This document shows, in pieces, positions 1 through 13,600 of a DNA stretch of 64,000 nucleotides. Made by a program: the position numbers and the translations under genes. Position 1 is the first letter of the stretch; the number at the start of each line of letters is the position of its first letter. This stretch comes from Enoplolaimus lenunculus. Lineage: Eukaryota. The notes beneath the pieces were generated by a model, which had not been told where the DNA came from, made no database searches, and worked only from the letters and a program-made list of their open reading frames with translations. The stretch lies in assembly GCA_030248215.1 (NCBI GenBank), contig JASANG010001881.1:434001-498000 (forward strand), given 5' to 3'.

Positions 1-3000
1 CACGCGGATGCCAGAACCTTCGGGACGCCCGCAATTAATTATTCGGTATTTTCGGTATTGAAATTTTTTCTCACTCGAAAATATAAAAAAATTGGCATAT
101 TATTCTAACTTGACAAAATTTTAAATTTGTGCCATACTCCATAATTTATCATAAATAATGTTTCCACTTAGTGCATTTGTTTCAGGATTTGGGCATTGTA
201 ACAGGTGTGTTTACAGTATTAAAAGCGATAAAATAGCATTAAAAAGGATTTTTCGGTAACAAGTATTTCTATTTTGCAGGTTCTGGCTCCGGTTCCGGTA
301 TTATATAATTCCGGTTGCACCCTGCTGAATACATATTCGAATACATTCAGGTTTCGATATTTCAAAATTCACACGTTTCTAGTGTCTGCATAAGCTTAGA
401 TCCGCTATGTCGAAATGTCACGAGAGTACAGGTTTCGTTTTATACAACAGTTTTATGGATATGAAAGAAGGAATTTTTCAAAGTCAAGATTTAAATTCGG
501 CCGCACCGCAACTGGACTCCGACTCAAGATCGGCGAATACGCGGGTTTGCCAACGTCACCCAGCTCCTACCCTCCCCCCAAACAACACACTTACCATATT
601 CGTACTCACAGCACCCGTTGGTCATTTTCGTCGTCAGTCACCCCTCGTGTTTTGATGCCGTGCGACAGACCAGCCCCACATTCGATTGTAACCAATTCGT
701 CATGAAACGATTTCGCCAAACCGGTACTGACGTTGCCCGAAATTACATACGTCACCACACTCTCGTACACACGCACTCACGCTACAGTACTAAAAAACCT
801 ACAACTATTAAATACTTAATAATTTCACATTTGCCCTGAAAAGCAATAATACTTACACTTACCCCAGGGTACAATTGGAACCAGACACCAAAACCAAAGT
901 CAACTAAGTTGGCTTTAACGGAGCCGCAGCGGATGGTGACCTCCGGTAAAATCCGTGGCCAAAATTCCACGGTCTTGATTATTTTTAAGCCGATAGCAAA
1001 AAAAAAGATGTTTTACGTTTCCCAAATACAAAATGCTTTCATACTGAAAATCACGCTTCTGCGGCATCGTTCGATGTCGACCACGCGATCCAGGTTCGGT
1101 TATTTGTTTTGAAGTTCAAAATCTATTGACATCAAACCGCATGCCGCCGTGTCCCGGCTCGCGGCGGCGTCCGTCGGCGTCCGGCTCAGTAGAGGATAGC
1201 GCAACCATTAGGGTTGCGCTATACGTACTTTACTGTGCCGGACGCCATCGGGCGCCGCATGCGCGGTGGCGTACGGCGCAGCGTAGCGAGAATTACGCCA
1301 CGTTTCGTAGCAAAAAGCTTTTATCTCCGCCTAATAACTGACTTGGCAATCCAGCTAATTTTATTCACACTATGATTGAGCAACACACGCGTAACTCGCA
1401 TTTGATTTCACAAGGAGATAATCTGGCCTAACAATTTTGTGGAAACCAGCGAGAAAATTGGTAGGGGGGTGGGGGGAGAAAATCCCACTGTCCCCCCCCC
1501 CAAGTATACATACACTCTCGATGAGCAATACACCCTGTATTTAAGACGGCAGCAAAAATACAACCCACCGCTGTGCTCAACATTACAACTTTATTAATTA
1601 TTGTTGCCAGCGACAAAATTGCCTACAAATCTCTGACCGGTATTCAACAGCCGAATACAGAGATACAGTTGCCGAAACCTGGTTTTCCCAAAGAACAACC
1701 AGGGCATTCGCCAAAATCCCAGATTTACCAACATCACGTGCCCCCAGTTGCAGATTTAAAAATTTTGTGAACGGTGGTGCACACAATATATCTTATCATA
1801 ATACGTATATTACAGCGATAAAAGCTAACAATCAAAGCGACCGCTAAGCCAACCGCAATATTATCACTTAATCTTAATACGCCATTTTGGTTTCGATCCG
1901 TGTTCGGATACAAGTTTCAATCCATGTTCGAATACAACTGCCCGAGTGAGTCCCCCTTGAAACCGCCGATGCTTGAGCTTATGCATATAATAGCTTATAC
2001 GCAAACCCCTGCACCCTGAACAACTGCGCTGCAAAAGCTACGGCCAGAATAACAGACAGGCGCAAAACCGTCAACTGACCAACCGACTGTAATAAAATGG
2101 TTTCCAGAACAATTTTCACAGCCAAACCGCGGTTGTTACACCAGGATTCCATCGTAGTTTGGGCCCAACAAACCCGATATTTATGGTTTCGTTGGCAACA
2201 TTATATATATTACGCAATAAATATTAAATGGTTCTACAAGTCAAGTTGTGTTACCACACCACATTGACACAGCATGAACCTGACCCGAATGCATGAAATG
2301 CGACCGTCTACAAAATTACACACAGTCTCAGTCGCCAAAAGCCATACAAATCAAAGACTAACAAATAAAACAGGACTCTTCCTGGTGTGGATGGGACCCT
2401 CCCCCGGTCCAGTCCACACATGTTTAAATTGCCCCCAGGATGATGCCACGGATCGACATGAATTTACCGGATACTAGAACAGGAGCCGGATCGTAAACTT
2501 TAAACCGACAACGGAACCGGATGTTAAACGGATATAGCATTTAAATTTGCAACATTGCTTGTAGTAAAGTCGAGTAAAACGATTTGACTATTGTCGATCC
2601 TTAGTTGATGCCATCGCTTTTTTAGAATGGAGGCATCCATTAATCTCTATATTTTCAATAGTACATATACAATACATCTTAAATACTTCTTAACCTGAAA
2701 CTCGCCCCTATCCCACCCTTCAAATATCTTCCGTTTTCCCCGTTTTGTAGCGCATTTTGATTGGCGTCAGCATTATTTAGTGTGCTTTGATTGGCTCGAT
2801 TTAATACGTCACGTAATAAGAAACGTTTTCAGTTTCCAACCGCTGAACCAATCAGACGCCGTTGACGCGGTGGTTAACCACCGTAACACCATTGTCATCA
2901 AAAGTCTCGGTCAATTTTTGGTCATCACCGAAAAAACATTACAATTTTCAAAATGAACTCTGTCTAATGCTTTTTCGCAACTTTTATCTTTTTTCATATT

Positions 3001-5091
3001 TTTTGTGTTATTCACAAAATCTGCTCAAAACTGTTGTGCAACTATCAAAATTAATAGACTCACAGCGAAATGTTATTCATCAGCCATCACTTACTTCAAC
3101 AATATTAACGTTTACTTTTTCCAGGTTTACCTGCATTCGCTGAATCGTCGACTTCTGGCCCCGGTTACAAACCACCGAGGCTCAAAAAACCGACACTCAT
3201 ATCCATGCCAAATAAAACTAGACTGTATCGGAATCCTTTAAAGCATTCTTATACGTACCGGAACATTTGGAATTCATTCCGGAACCGGAACTAGAAATTT
3301 TAGGACTGCCTGAAATGATAAATTGTTGTTCTTAGACACAACGAATGGGAAAAAAATCAACCACACACCGCTGATTAGTGATTCGTCTGTTTATAGCGCA
3401 GAACACAATTACGTACACTCGTTGTGTCACTGACAATTGCTTTCAATCAAAATTCCGTTTGAACCCTGACCTGCCCACAGCACTGCGAAACCCTCAGGCG
3501 GCCAAAATAACGTCCACACGAACCAAATCATTCTGACCCTATACATTACTCAAATCGCACTAAGCACAATACCCATTATACCCCCGGCAAATACAGACGG
3601 ACGCTCTGCGAATGTTTATACACCACACTACCAAAACGAACGCGGAAATACGTTTCACTACGCCACATTAATCAACCTGAATAAACTTTGACACACAACA
3701 GCAGTGGTGGTGGTGGTAGACAGAGACCACAGGCTATCGAGTCTACTCTGCCCCCCCCCCAAATGCATGCTTTTCCTCTCTGGGTAGCAACACAACCTTG
3801 AGCAACAACATCGTTAATCAACCGATACAAACGCAACTGTCTCACACCGCCTCCAGCGAACACAGTCCGTTGCGACGCGACACTGCACACCAAACAATAA
3901 TACCGGAGCTGGATATTAATTTAATATCCGGTTTCAAATGGGAGACGGAACCGCAATTTCCAGTGCCTTTTTCCGACTAAAAACACAAACTTAATCACAC
4001 TAAGGGGAGCGGTATACTTTACAGAGCCGGACGCCGCCGGGAGTATAGCGTAACCCTTTACTGAATAGAACTTAACTTGGCTTTAATGTTTGAATTAATA
4101 CTAAATGTCTATATTCTCGTGCATTTGATCCAAATAAACGTCTTGTCTTCGTTGTCTTATACTTGCCATCATTGATTCTAAATACATTTTGCACAATTTT
4201 CAACAGGCTAAAACTATACTGGGGGGGTCCGAGATCCATTGCGGTGCCGATATTACACGACCACAAAGCGTTTCATTTTAATTTGCGTCAATTTGGCACT
4301 GGTCACCCATGGACGCCAACTGACCCATACTTATAAACCGTTACTCGATCTGCCCTTAGGCTGACACAAGTTCCATTTATCTCAATTCAATATAAACACA
4401 CTTTTTCTTTTGGCTATTTTTTGTTTACTAAAAATAAACATTTCACGGTTAATAAAGCTAATAATCAAATCTTAGAAACCAAATTCAAACCTGCTTCCAC
4501 CCGAACAATATTTCATCGAAAATTACAAACAAAATATATAATGCACCAGTGTCGCCGACGCTCGCATCTGCGCCATTTGACATATTTCGCACTGATGCAC
4601 ATATTTGCGGATTGCTCTTTTCTAGTCAGTCAAAGGCGAGAGCCGAAATTTGCAAATAATTAATGAGCTTTAATAGCGATATATATATATATATGTATGT
4701 ATACATATATATATATATATGTATGTATGTATGTATACATACGTATATATATTATAAATGAACAGTTGCTCTTGCCAAACTACCCCTACCCAACAGATTC
4801 ATGATTAGATTGATGAAAAGGCTTAGGTTGCTCTATACCCACCGCAATTTTGCCGCACACCGCTGTAAACCTTTTTATTAAAAATTGCCGCACGCCACCG
4901 CGTGCCGATGTCCGGCACACGCAAAGTATAGCGTAACCCTATACTGTCCTAAGCGTAGACATCAGAGTAAACCTAAAATGTTACAAGAAGTGTACCCAAG
5001 TCGACAGGTTGAAAAATAGCAAAACCATAAAGTTATCAGATTAATTCAAGATTGCCAAAATTACTACTGGAATAATTTTGGCTGGTTAACC

Positions 5092-6620
5092 ACCTCTTGT
5101 GAAATTTTTTTATCTTATCAACGGAAACGGATCTATCCGTTGGAATCACGGATACGTAACTATACGTTTGGTTGACGCCGGAGCCGGAAATGCATGTTTT
5201 CTACTCAAAAAGTTTATTTGAGTGTTGTTTGTTAAATCCTGTTTCCGACAAAGTTAGAAACAACTGCTTCTGGGTTTGAAATTTCACTTAAAATATGCAG
5301 ACTAAATCATTTTTTCAGAAACTATTAATAGCCAGGGTATAAACGGATAATCCTAAAAAAGCATAGAAACAAACAATAGTCAAAATAACGCAATCAGAAA
5401 ACGGATATTTAAGTATACTTGACGTTGAGTGTTTAATTTTCTTATCAAAACAAATAAACTACACAAATACACATTTATATATCAGGTTTTCTAAAATTTT
5501 GAACAAAATATAACGAATGGATCCAAAATTCAAACTTTTCTGATTTTCAATAAATTTTGTTATTTTTAGTTGAAAATCAAACAATTGCAGCATACTTTTA
5601 TGTTACAAATCTGTGATTCTCAAGATATAAGAATGATTTTTAAGTTATTTTTGCTCTATTCACAACCAAAATAGCGTTCCGCCGGCCCGGTGCCTTGAAG
5701 CGCTCAGCCTAGCCGGTGCTTAAGTTCACTACAAAACAGTCAAACAAACAAGACAACCGTAAAATGACGAAACGTACAATCAATAATTAATAGGGGCGTG
5801 AAAATAAGCAATACTTCTTAAACAATATAGTAAAACATCCGAAATTTGAGCTTCAAAAACCCGCAACCGGAACCAAACCTATTCCAATTACCCGGAACCT
5901 CAAGAAACGGACACGTACGTTCCGCCCCATTCCTAACAGCGCTATCCAATATTCGTCCTTGTTGAACACATCGACAATGTCCAATGAAAGCCGACCAAAG
6001 CGTCCTCGACAGTAAAACGTAAATAAAGAACCAGTTGTAAGCGGTTTTAACCCTTTTCTGGTTTCTCATATACTGCAAATTGTACTTAAACCTTGTATTT
6101 TTCATTATTCCGCATTATTTAATGCATTATTTCATATGTGCTCCTACAGTATTTTATAACTACATTTTGCACGTAAACCTATTGTATTGTTTAACCTCTT
6201 GTGAAATTTTTTTATCTTATCAACGGAAACGAAACTATCCGTTGGAATCACGGATACGGAACTATACGTTAGATTGAGGCCGGAACCGGAAATGCATGTT
6301 TTCTACTCGAAAAGTTTATTTGAGTGTTGTTTGTTATTCAACGTTTTATTTTATGTACCCCATTCCTAACAGCGATATCCAATATTCGTCCTTGTTGAAC
6401 ACATCGACAACGTCCAATGAAAGCCGACAAATGCTTCCTTGACAGTAAAACGTATACAAAGAACCAGTTGTAAGCGGTTTTAATCCCTTTCTGGTTTCTC
6501 ATATACTGCAAATTGTACTTAAACCTTGTATTTTTTCATTACTCCTCATTAATGCTTTATTTCATATGTGCTCCAACAGTATTTTATAACTACATTTTGC
6601 ACGTAAACCTATTGTATTGT
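5092..6620 (+). repeat. Local duplication A-B-A'-B'
   Basis: 5092-5233 ~ 6194-6335 and 5925-6190 ~ 6358-6620. Confidence 0.85.
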
Positions 6621-7281
6621 ATTGTAACCTATTGTATATACATCCATACGCATTGATACGTATATCATACACATAACAAAGAAAGGCCGACAAAGCGTGC
6701 CGGTCATCCTCAAAATTACACTTATTTCTTATCAAATGGACCCCAATTCAATACTAGTGACCAATATTCACACGATTAATTTCAATCAAATCCACCGTGC
6801 AATATCCTGCTATGGACTGTGGCTGAACAACTTTTCAACAAATAAATCGTATCAAATTGGTCCAACAAACATCCCAGGATCCTGACATCTTTAAAATCAT
6901 TCATGTAATTGAACGAAACAACGGATCAAGTCCAAGCTTTGTCCCTTCAACTAAAAGATGAGAGACAGCTTAAACTTGCTTAGAACAATGAGCCCCCTGG
7001 ATACCGCTCGATTAAACTTAGTCATATTCTTCTGGAATTTGTTCTTTTAGCTTTGAATAATGATTCATACTACCAATAGTGTACGGATACAAGAGTATGC
7101 AACCCTTGGAGTTCCACATGGCGTAAAATGTATAACCAGGGGTTGCTTTCCAGACCAACCTCTTTCATTTAGAAGGCGGTTGCTAGCACATGCGATGACC
7201 ATAAATTAAACTGTAAACTTAGCATTTTTGATGCTGTATACATACAGTGTCATGGTTCACACAAGTCCTACTCCTCCTTAA

Positions 7282-7543
7282 CCCCTTCTCACATAGAGTT
7301 GCCTATGGACAACTCAGCGCAGTGTATATACGTTAAATAATATATATCGCACCGTGTTTAACAATTGCAACACGTATACATTGTACTAAATCACCACAAG
7401 ACGTGAGAGCCCCCTCGGACTCGAGCGTCAAGCTCCTATAGCTGAGTGGTGATGGTATACGCCTCCACTCCAGTCACTGGAGTTCTAATCCTAGCATAAA
7501 AGTAGGTTTCAGGGGCAATAGAAAATATTCATGTGATAAAGGG
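7282..7543 (+). mobile_element. piggyBac-like MITE
   Basis: TTAA on both sides; TIRs CCCCTTCTCACAT / ATGTGATAAAGGG; inverted copy at 20191-20454. Confidence 0.8.
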
Positions 7544-8774
7544 TTAAATAGAGGGCGTCGCCAAAAAAACGCTACGTGCGTTGAGTTTACATTCTTTTGT
7601 ACCCAAAATATACCTCGTTACAACACATTTTGTTCAAAGTGGTCATGGTCCACCTTTAGTTGTTTAGCTATTTTTTTGAACAGGGCTTAATGGCAAACTA
7701 ACCGTTCAGATGCTGTCAGCGAATATTTATTCCATGAAAAAAACACTGTTCATAACGGATTAAAGCGTTTTGAGAACAGAAAAACGATGTATTTGTTAAT
7801 TTGACAACATCAGTTCCAGAGCCGACCTTCTCATAACCAATCATGCCAAAAGTTCTGGTTAAGTTTCGTAACATTTTGCATATACTTCGTGGGTATTTTC
7901 TGGCAATTTCACTAAAAATAAGCTTGCCCCTCATAGCTTCCATTCTACAAAGTCAACGTGGTTATTAAGCGATGCGTGATCATACCCGTTCCACTCCCGC
8001 AAAGAATGGTCCATATACCCTAATGTGCCCCACGATCCCTTGAAATCGCCAGGGGGGACTTTACTCGGTCCAACCATCAATCGAACGTTGGCAACAACAC
8101 TGCAACCAAAAAGCCATACGCTATTTTCATATTCAATGCCAAATATGACATTTCAAACCAGTTTGGATGAGTAAGCGCAATATTGAACCCGGAATACCTA
8201 ACACATGACTGCTCAAATACGTAACAGACACTCCGAAAACCCCACAACATCCTTATTAAATCCAGAAAAAAACCGACTAACGGACATGGAAATTAACCAA
8301 AATATGCTTCTGAGAAATTCAGTTAACCCCCTCAAAAGAATTCTCTCATCAGACCCTTGTATCCCCTGAATTCGTCTTTCATTCAAGCTCCCAAGCCCAA
8401 TACAATTTACAACCCTGATACTCGCAATATTAATCATACCCAACTGTCCCGTTTAACACAGGATGTGTGAATATTTTCCTACAAAATCCAATTTCATTCA
8501 TAAACGGCGAGTTCAAGTATTCCAAATTCACACATTTACAAACGCCGATTTCGGCTCATTAAACACACACAATACATATTACGGCTGTGCTCAATCCATT
8601 GCTTTAATTTAAATGCGACAGATTGTGTGACACTTGGTTGTATATTTCAAATTATATACATTCAGCGGTAAAATTTCACTTTATACCTACGGCTGGACTG
8701 GCAATATCAATCGACACTGACACTTTGATATAAACCGACCCACCGCTCACAGCACATAGGTACTACCTATATAT

Positions 8775-9107
8775 CAAGGTGCGACCGAATATCCGGTTCC
8801 TGTTTAATATCCAGCTAAAAACTAATATCCATATCCGGTATAAACCTAACGAATATTTACAGTTGTTGTGGTCCCGAATATCGTAAAGCTTCGTATGACA
8901 AGTGAACATATTTAACATCTTGCTGTGATTACCTTTTCGGCTAAGTGAAGCTGATAAGTTTTTAAAAAAATTGCCCAGCTAACAATTAATTTTAACTCAG
9001 TAAGCGTATACGTAACAGCGCTTATTTTTATTGGTATATCCGTGTCCGCTAAAAAATTCAAAATTCAGTTCCGGTATCCGGTAAAATAAAGATCCGGTCG
9101 CACCCTG
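8775..9107. mobile_element. hAT-like MITE (CAGGGTG family)
   Basis: CAAGGTGCGACCGAAT / ATCCGGTCGCACCCTG inverted ends; partially matching 8-bp flanks. Confidence 0.6.
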
Positions 9108-10192
9108 AGATATATCCAACAAATGCATACTTAGTTCAAAACACCTGGTATATACATGCACCACCCTAAACATCAAAGAATACCACAGCAGGCAATCTAG
9201 CTCTGGATATACACTGATATAATGACCATTTTAAACATATACGTAAACATCGGTGTGCAACCGGATTCCCGGTTCCGGCATTTGTTCACCTTCCGGTTCC
9301 GGTAGATTTTTACCCAAATTAAAAATTCCGGTATTAAAATTTGGTCGGTGGAAATTGATATTTTATTGAAATATGACGACAAAAATTAAATACATTCCAT
9401 TAGTATAGTATGCAAACCTTGAAAATCGCCGAAAATAACCATCGAAGGTAGATTTCGCTTCCATGGATTATGAAAATCTAAAATACAGCAGATGAAGTGA
9501 ATACCTATCTCCAATTAGGGTTATTTCACCAATAATATAGCAAAAAATAAAATTAAAATGAATTTTTCGGTGGCATGTATTTTTCATTTTCCGTTTCCGG
9601 TCATTTTTTCAAATTCCGGTTCCGGTAAATTCCGGTTGCACCCTGATACGCATTCGTACATTTAATATATATACAATAGACAACATATACGACCCAAATT
9701 CAAATCTTGCAATATCTCAAATTTGAAAAATAAAATTAATCTAATTAACCCGACAATCCATGATTATTGACTACACTTAATCTTAAAACCCAAGGCGTAA
9801 ATGGTCAGCAAATGTCAGTGTAAAATGACTCCTGTTTATAAACCGTTTTAAATTTAACAAATAACTCAACTGTGCACCGTTCGAGCAAACTCATCTGGGC
9901 AACCGAAAAATATTATCAGTCGACCAATTAATGTCATTTTTCCGAAACAACAACAACAACAACACAAACAACAACAACAACAACGACAACAAATGCGAAA
10001 TAGGGCAGATTTGAATGCAAAGAAGGGTACAAAAATGAATCACGAGGGGAAAGCACTTATCAGAAGGACAACGGGGAGTTGACCAACAGATGGGTGAGTA
10101 ACGGAACAGGAGGGAACATCAAGCATCGTCGGCTAACACCTCAAAAACGAGGTGAAACATTGCAGCAGATATGAGCAGAGAAGATAAGACTA

Positions 10193-10619
10193 CTGTAGTG
10201 ACCCGAATAAGAGGGGGACTGATATTTATTTGGCCTCTCCAGAGGGAACCCCTCTGTTATTCGGTTGCGGAGTCTTATTTATTTTTAACCCACACTCCAC
10301 CGCCCTTCGTTACTGATATATATCCGGTACTGCAATTATCCGATGAATTAAACGTTTATTTGTGTTGTGTCAATAGCTTGAGCGATAATACAAGGTTATA
10401 CTTAGGAATGTACTTTCCAAATATAGGCACGCTTTAAAGTTTCGAACTCAAATGATTTGGTCCTGGAGACATTTACGAAATACAATTAGGGCTAATTGAC
10501 ATTTATGGTCTCTAATTAAGGTTTAGGGAATCTATCCGCTTACGGACTCTAATTAGGGATGCGGACTCCTATTGATTCGGACTCAAAATGGGGACCCCCT
10601 CTTATTCGGGTCAATACAG
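10193..10619. mobile_element. Tc1/mariner-like MITE
   Basis: TA flanks; TIRs CTGTAGTGACCCGAATAAGAGGGG / CCCCTCTTATTCGGGTCAATACAG; 5'-truncated copy at ~55495-55918. Confidence 0.75.
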
Positions 10620-13600
10620 TAATTTAGACGTCCATTATCCGAAGCTTCTAAGGCGTTTATTTATTGGTGAACAATCATATTATGAAGTATATCGCTTCTG
10701 TAACTCAGCGTACGAGGGCAATGTATACTTTATGGATCGAATATCCACAATTTGATAGTATACGGAACAAAATCCCAAAGTATGGAAACAGATTGTCGAA
10801 CTATCGTACGTTAATACGGATGCGTTGTATGGAACTGCCAAGTTCAACAGCAACCACAGTAAGCTAAAATTAGACTGGCTTAGGCTAAAGCTTGCCAAAC
10901 CGCTTACCAACGCCCAAGCCTGTGCGTAAATCTTCACCCTTACTTCAGCCTAACCACTGACATTAAATGCGGACGGAAAGCGTACACGAGCCGTCTTCGC
11001 GCATCGCGAAAGGCGTTGGTCCATCCGGACTTTGCAAACCAGAACCGCCAAACTTCGCCGAATCCTTAACTTTTGCTGTCATCCCGGGAATATAACCTTG
11101 ACCTCGCTACAACCATACCTGAATCATACCTGCCAAACACACAACCACCATTAAGCATCGATATTCCTTACTCCGGCTAATTACACCGATCCATTTATAC
11201 GTATCAAAAAACACTCCGTGAGGCCTGTAATCGCTGTCATTGTGCACCAGAGCGTCAAACAATACAACTCTGACTGCATGTGCAAGCGCAAACTGCAATA
11301 AACGCACTGCAGTGTATGCAAAACAAAAAGCAATAAAACAGAATAATATATATATTCTCATCGACTAAATGACACACAAACACCAATCAACTCAACAACA
11401 CAACAGATATTGCACATACGCAGCATTTTGACACTAAATGAACACATACAAGCAAGGGCGGGACCAACGGCTATTATACAGCTCAATCCTTGTTTGTGAT
11501 ATTTTCGGTTCCAAACCTGAAACCGTTTTCAATTGACACCACAACAAAACTCCCGTTCAAAATTAAACTTCATCGAACCCCTTGTAAAATGTACGCTTTA
11601 CCCTGCGTGTACAAACATACACACATAAACACTAGACACATATTGAACTCGTACTCGAGTTCAATTAATCATAATGCAATCACATCGAAAACCTTTATAA
11701 ATATACGCATTACACACTTATGGATGGGTGTAAGACGATAAAATAAAGCTACGATAAACACACTAGAAACGAATTCAAACTCTAAATTTCCAGCGGAACC
11801 GGACGTTTCACCGGAACACTACTGCCGAAATCTAAAACTCCGATTAACAGGATATCACTAAAATTACTGTCAATAATTTCGCAACAAAAACAAGCCAAAT
11901 CCATAACAAATTTTATCATTTAATTATTTTAAAATTAATAAAACTTTGACAAAGTTCGAACTTGAAAAGCGGTTGTCGGGGCTCGTACTGCGTGTGCCTT
12001 TACTCGATTCAGTCAGCGCTGATGCTGGCTTTTAGAAATGCTTATATTCGTACATAATTATAGAACCAAGTATCAAATCAAATTTTCAAAACGCAATTAT
12101 CAATGACCACTGTCTCATATGTATGAAACAGACAGACGGCGGGACAGACATGGCGTATACAAGGTATGACATAAGCGGCATATACGTATTCTCGTCCATC
12201 CCCAAAATTTCTGGACATACAACAAAAAATATTTACCAACATTTATCATAACTCGAAGAAGCATTTTGGAGATTAAACAAATTTCTCAAATTATTGTTAT
12301 AAGCATATGAGACATGCTTGTCCGTTATGTGCACATGCAATATTTAGTGCAGTGCAGTGCACTGTATGTATGCTAGCTGGCAGCATACGGTTAACGCATA
12401 GAAGCGACGAAATAATGCAGTTGGAAAAGCGGATTGCGTGGCGCACTGGTAGAGTATTCGCTTAAGGATCCGTACGTACGCTGAGAGAGTTCGATCCCCG
12501 CTCTAAAGGTCCGCCTTTCCAGCTGCTTAATTAATAGGTCCAAAGTCCCAGTTATCACCTAAACTGACAATCATTACACAGGCTGACCAAATATTTGTTA
12601 TGTGAGATTTTTATACTGTCCCGAAATCATGTATGCGCTCCAGAAGACAAGGCACTCTACATAAATATTCGTGATCAACAGATGCCAATTCTGGTAGATA
12701 TATACACCAATTGTCCATAACGAAACTGGAATATTTAACCTACAGACGAAGAATTGCTTACCGTAGCTTAACCAAAAACTGAGACAACCAGACAAGTAAT
12801 ACCGGTAATACCGGATGTTTTCCGTTGTCTTCCGCCGGCATCTGCTCAAAAATGATCCAGATTTAAATTTTTTGGCCTGTTTTCAGGGCGTGAAAATTCT
12901 ATTTGGGGACGGCACGGAATAATTTTATGCAATTCAAGATAATTTACTTTTAGACCGAGTCTATTTCGGTGGCGGAGGCACAAACCAAATTTGGGACGGG
13001 GGCGAACACTGCCCTCCAGTACCCTCCCCGTGAGTACGCCCTTGCACATTTGAACAAAACTTAAAAAATACCACATTTGCAACCACAACATGACAAAATC
13101 TTTAATGTGAAATTTTAATAATTTCTGAAATTTCCATGGATTTAAAATTAAGAATAAATGTAGCAAACAAACCAACACCGCTATAATATAATGGATACGA
13201 TCCCCGTATCCGAAAATTTAATTCCAACCCACATATAATATTGATAGTTTCAAGCGAATCTTCCACCCGTTTCATATATACTATACAACAAGCACCACTT
13301 AGATAAATAGAAGAGCAAATAGCATAATTCGCATATACGTATATGTAAAGTAAAGCGCTATATATGTTCAATGTATGCATTATATATTATAAACATAGAA
13401 GAGGGGGGTCAAGAAGCTCCCACCCCCTTTCCAAATTCATTTCTGTTAAGCTAACATACTGCTTCGCTGAAGCATCGTTTACGATTTCACCAACTTGTTT
13501 ATCTTAACAACCAATATTTTTAGCGGCTTTAACAGCGCCGGCCGATCCAATCCCTATTGATTAATGCGCCACTGACGTAAATATGTGGACATTCAGTCGA

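Noticed and set aside
595..782. Possible minus-strand exon (TACTGTAG acceptor, ATG...G|GTAAGT donor) of a gene running off the left edge
   Set aside because: Only ~10 codons and no homology clue; cannot be supported without transcripts.
10905..11106. Possible minus-strand exon RGQGYIPGMTAK...
   Set aside because: Splice signals are plausible but there is no recognisable product or linked exons.
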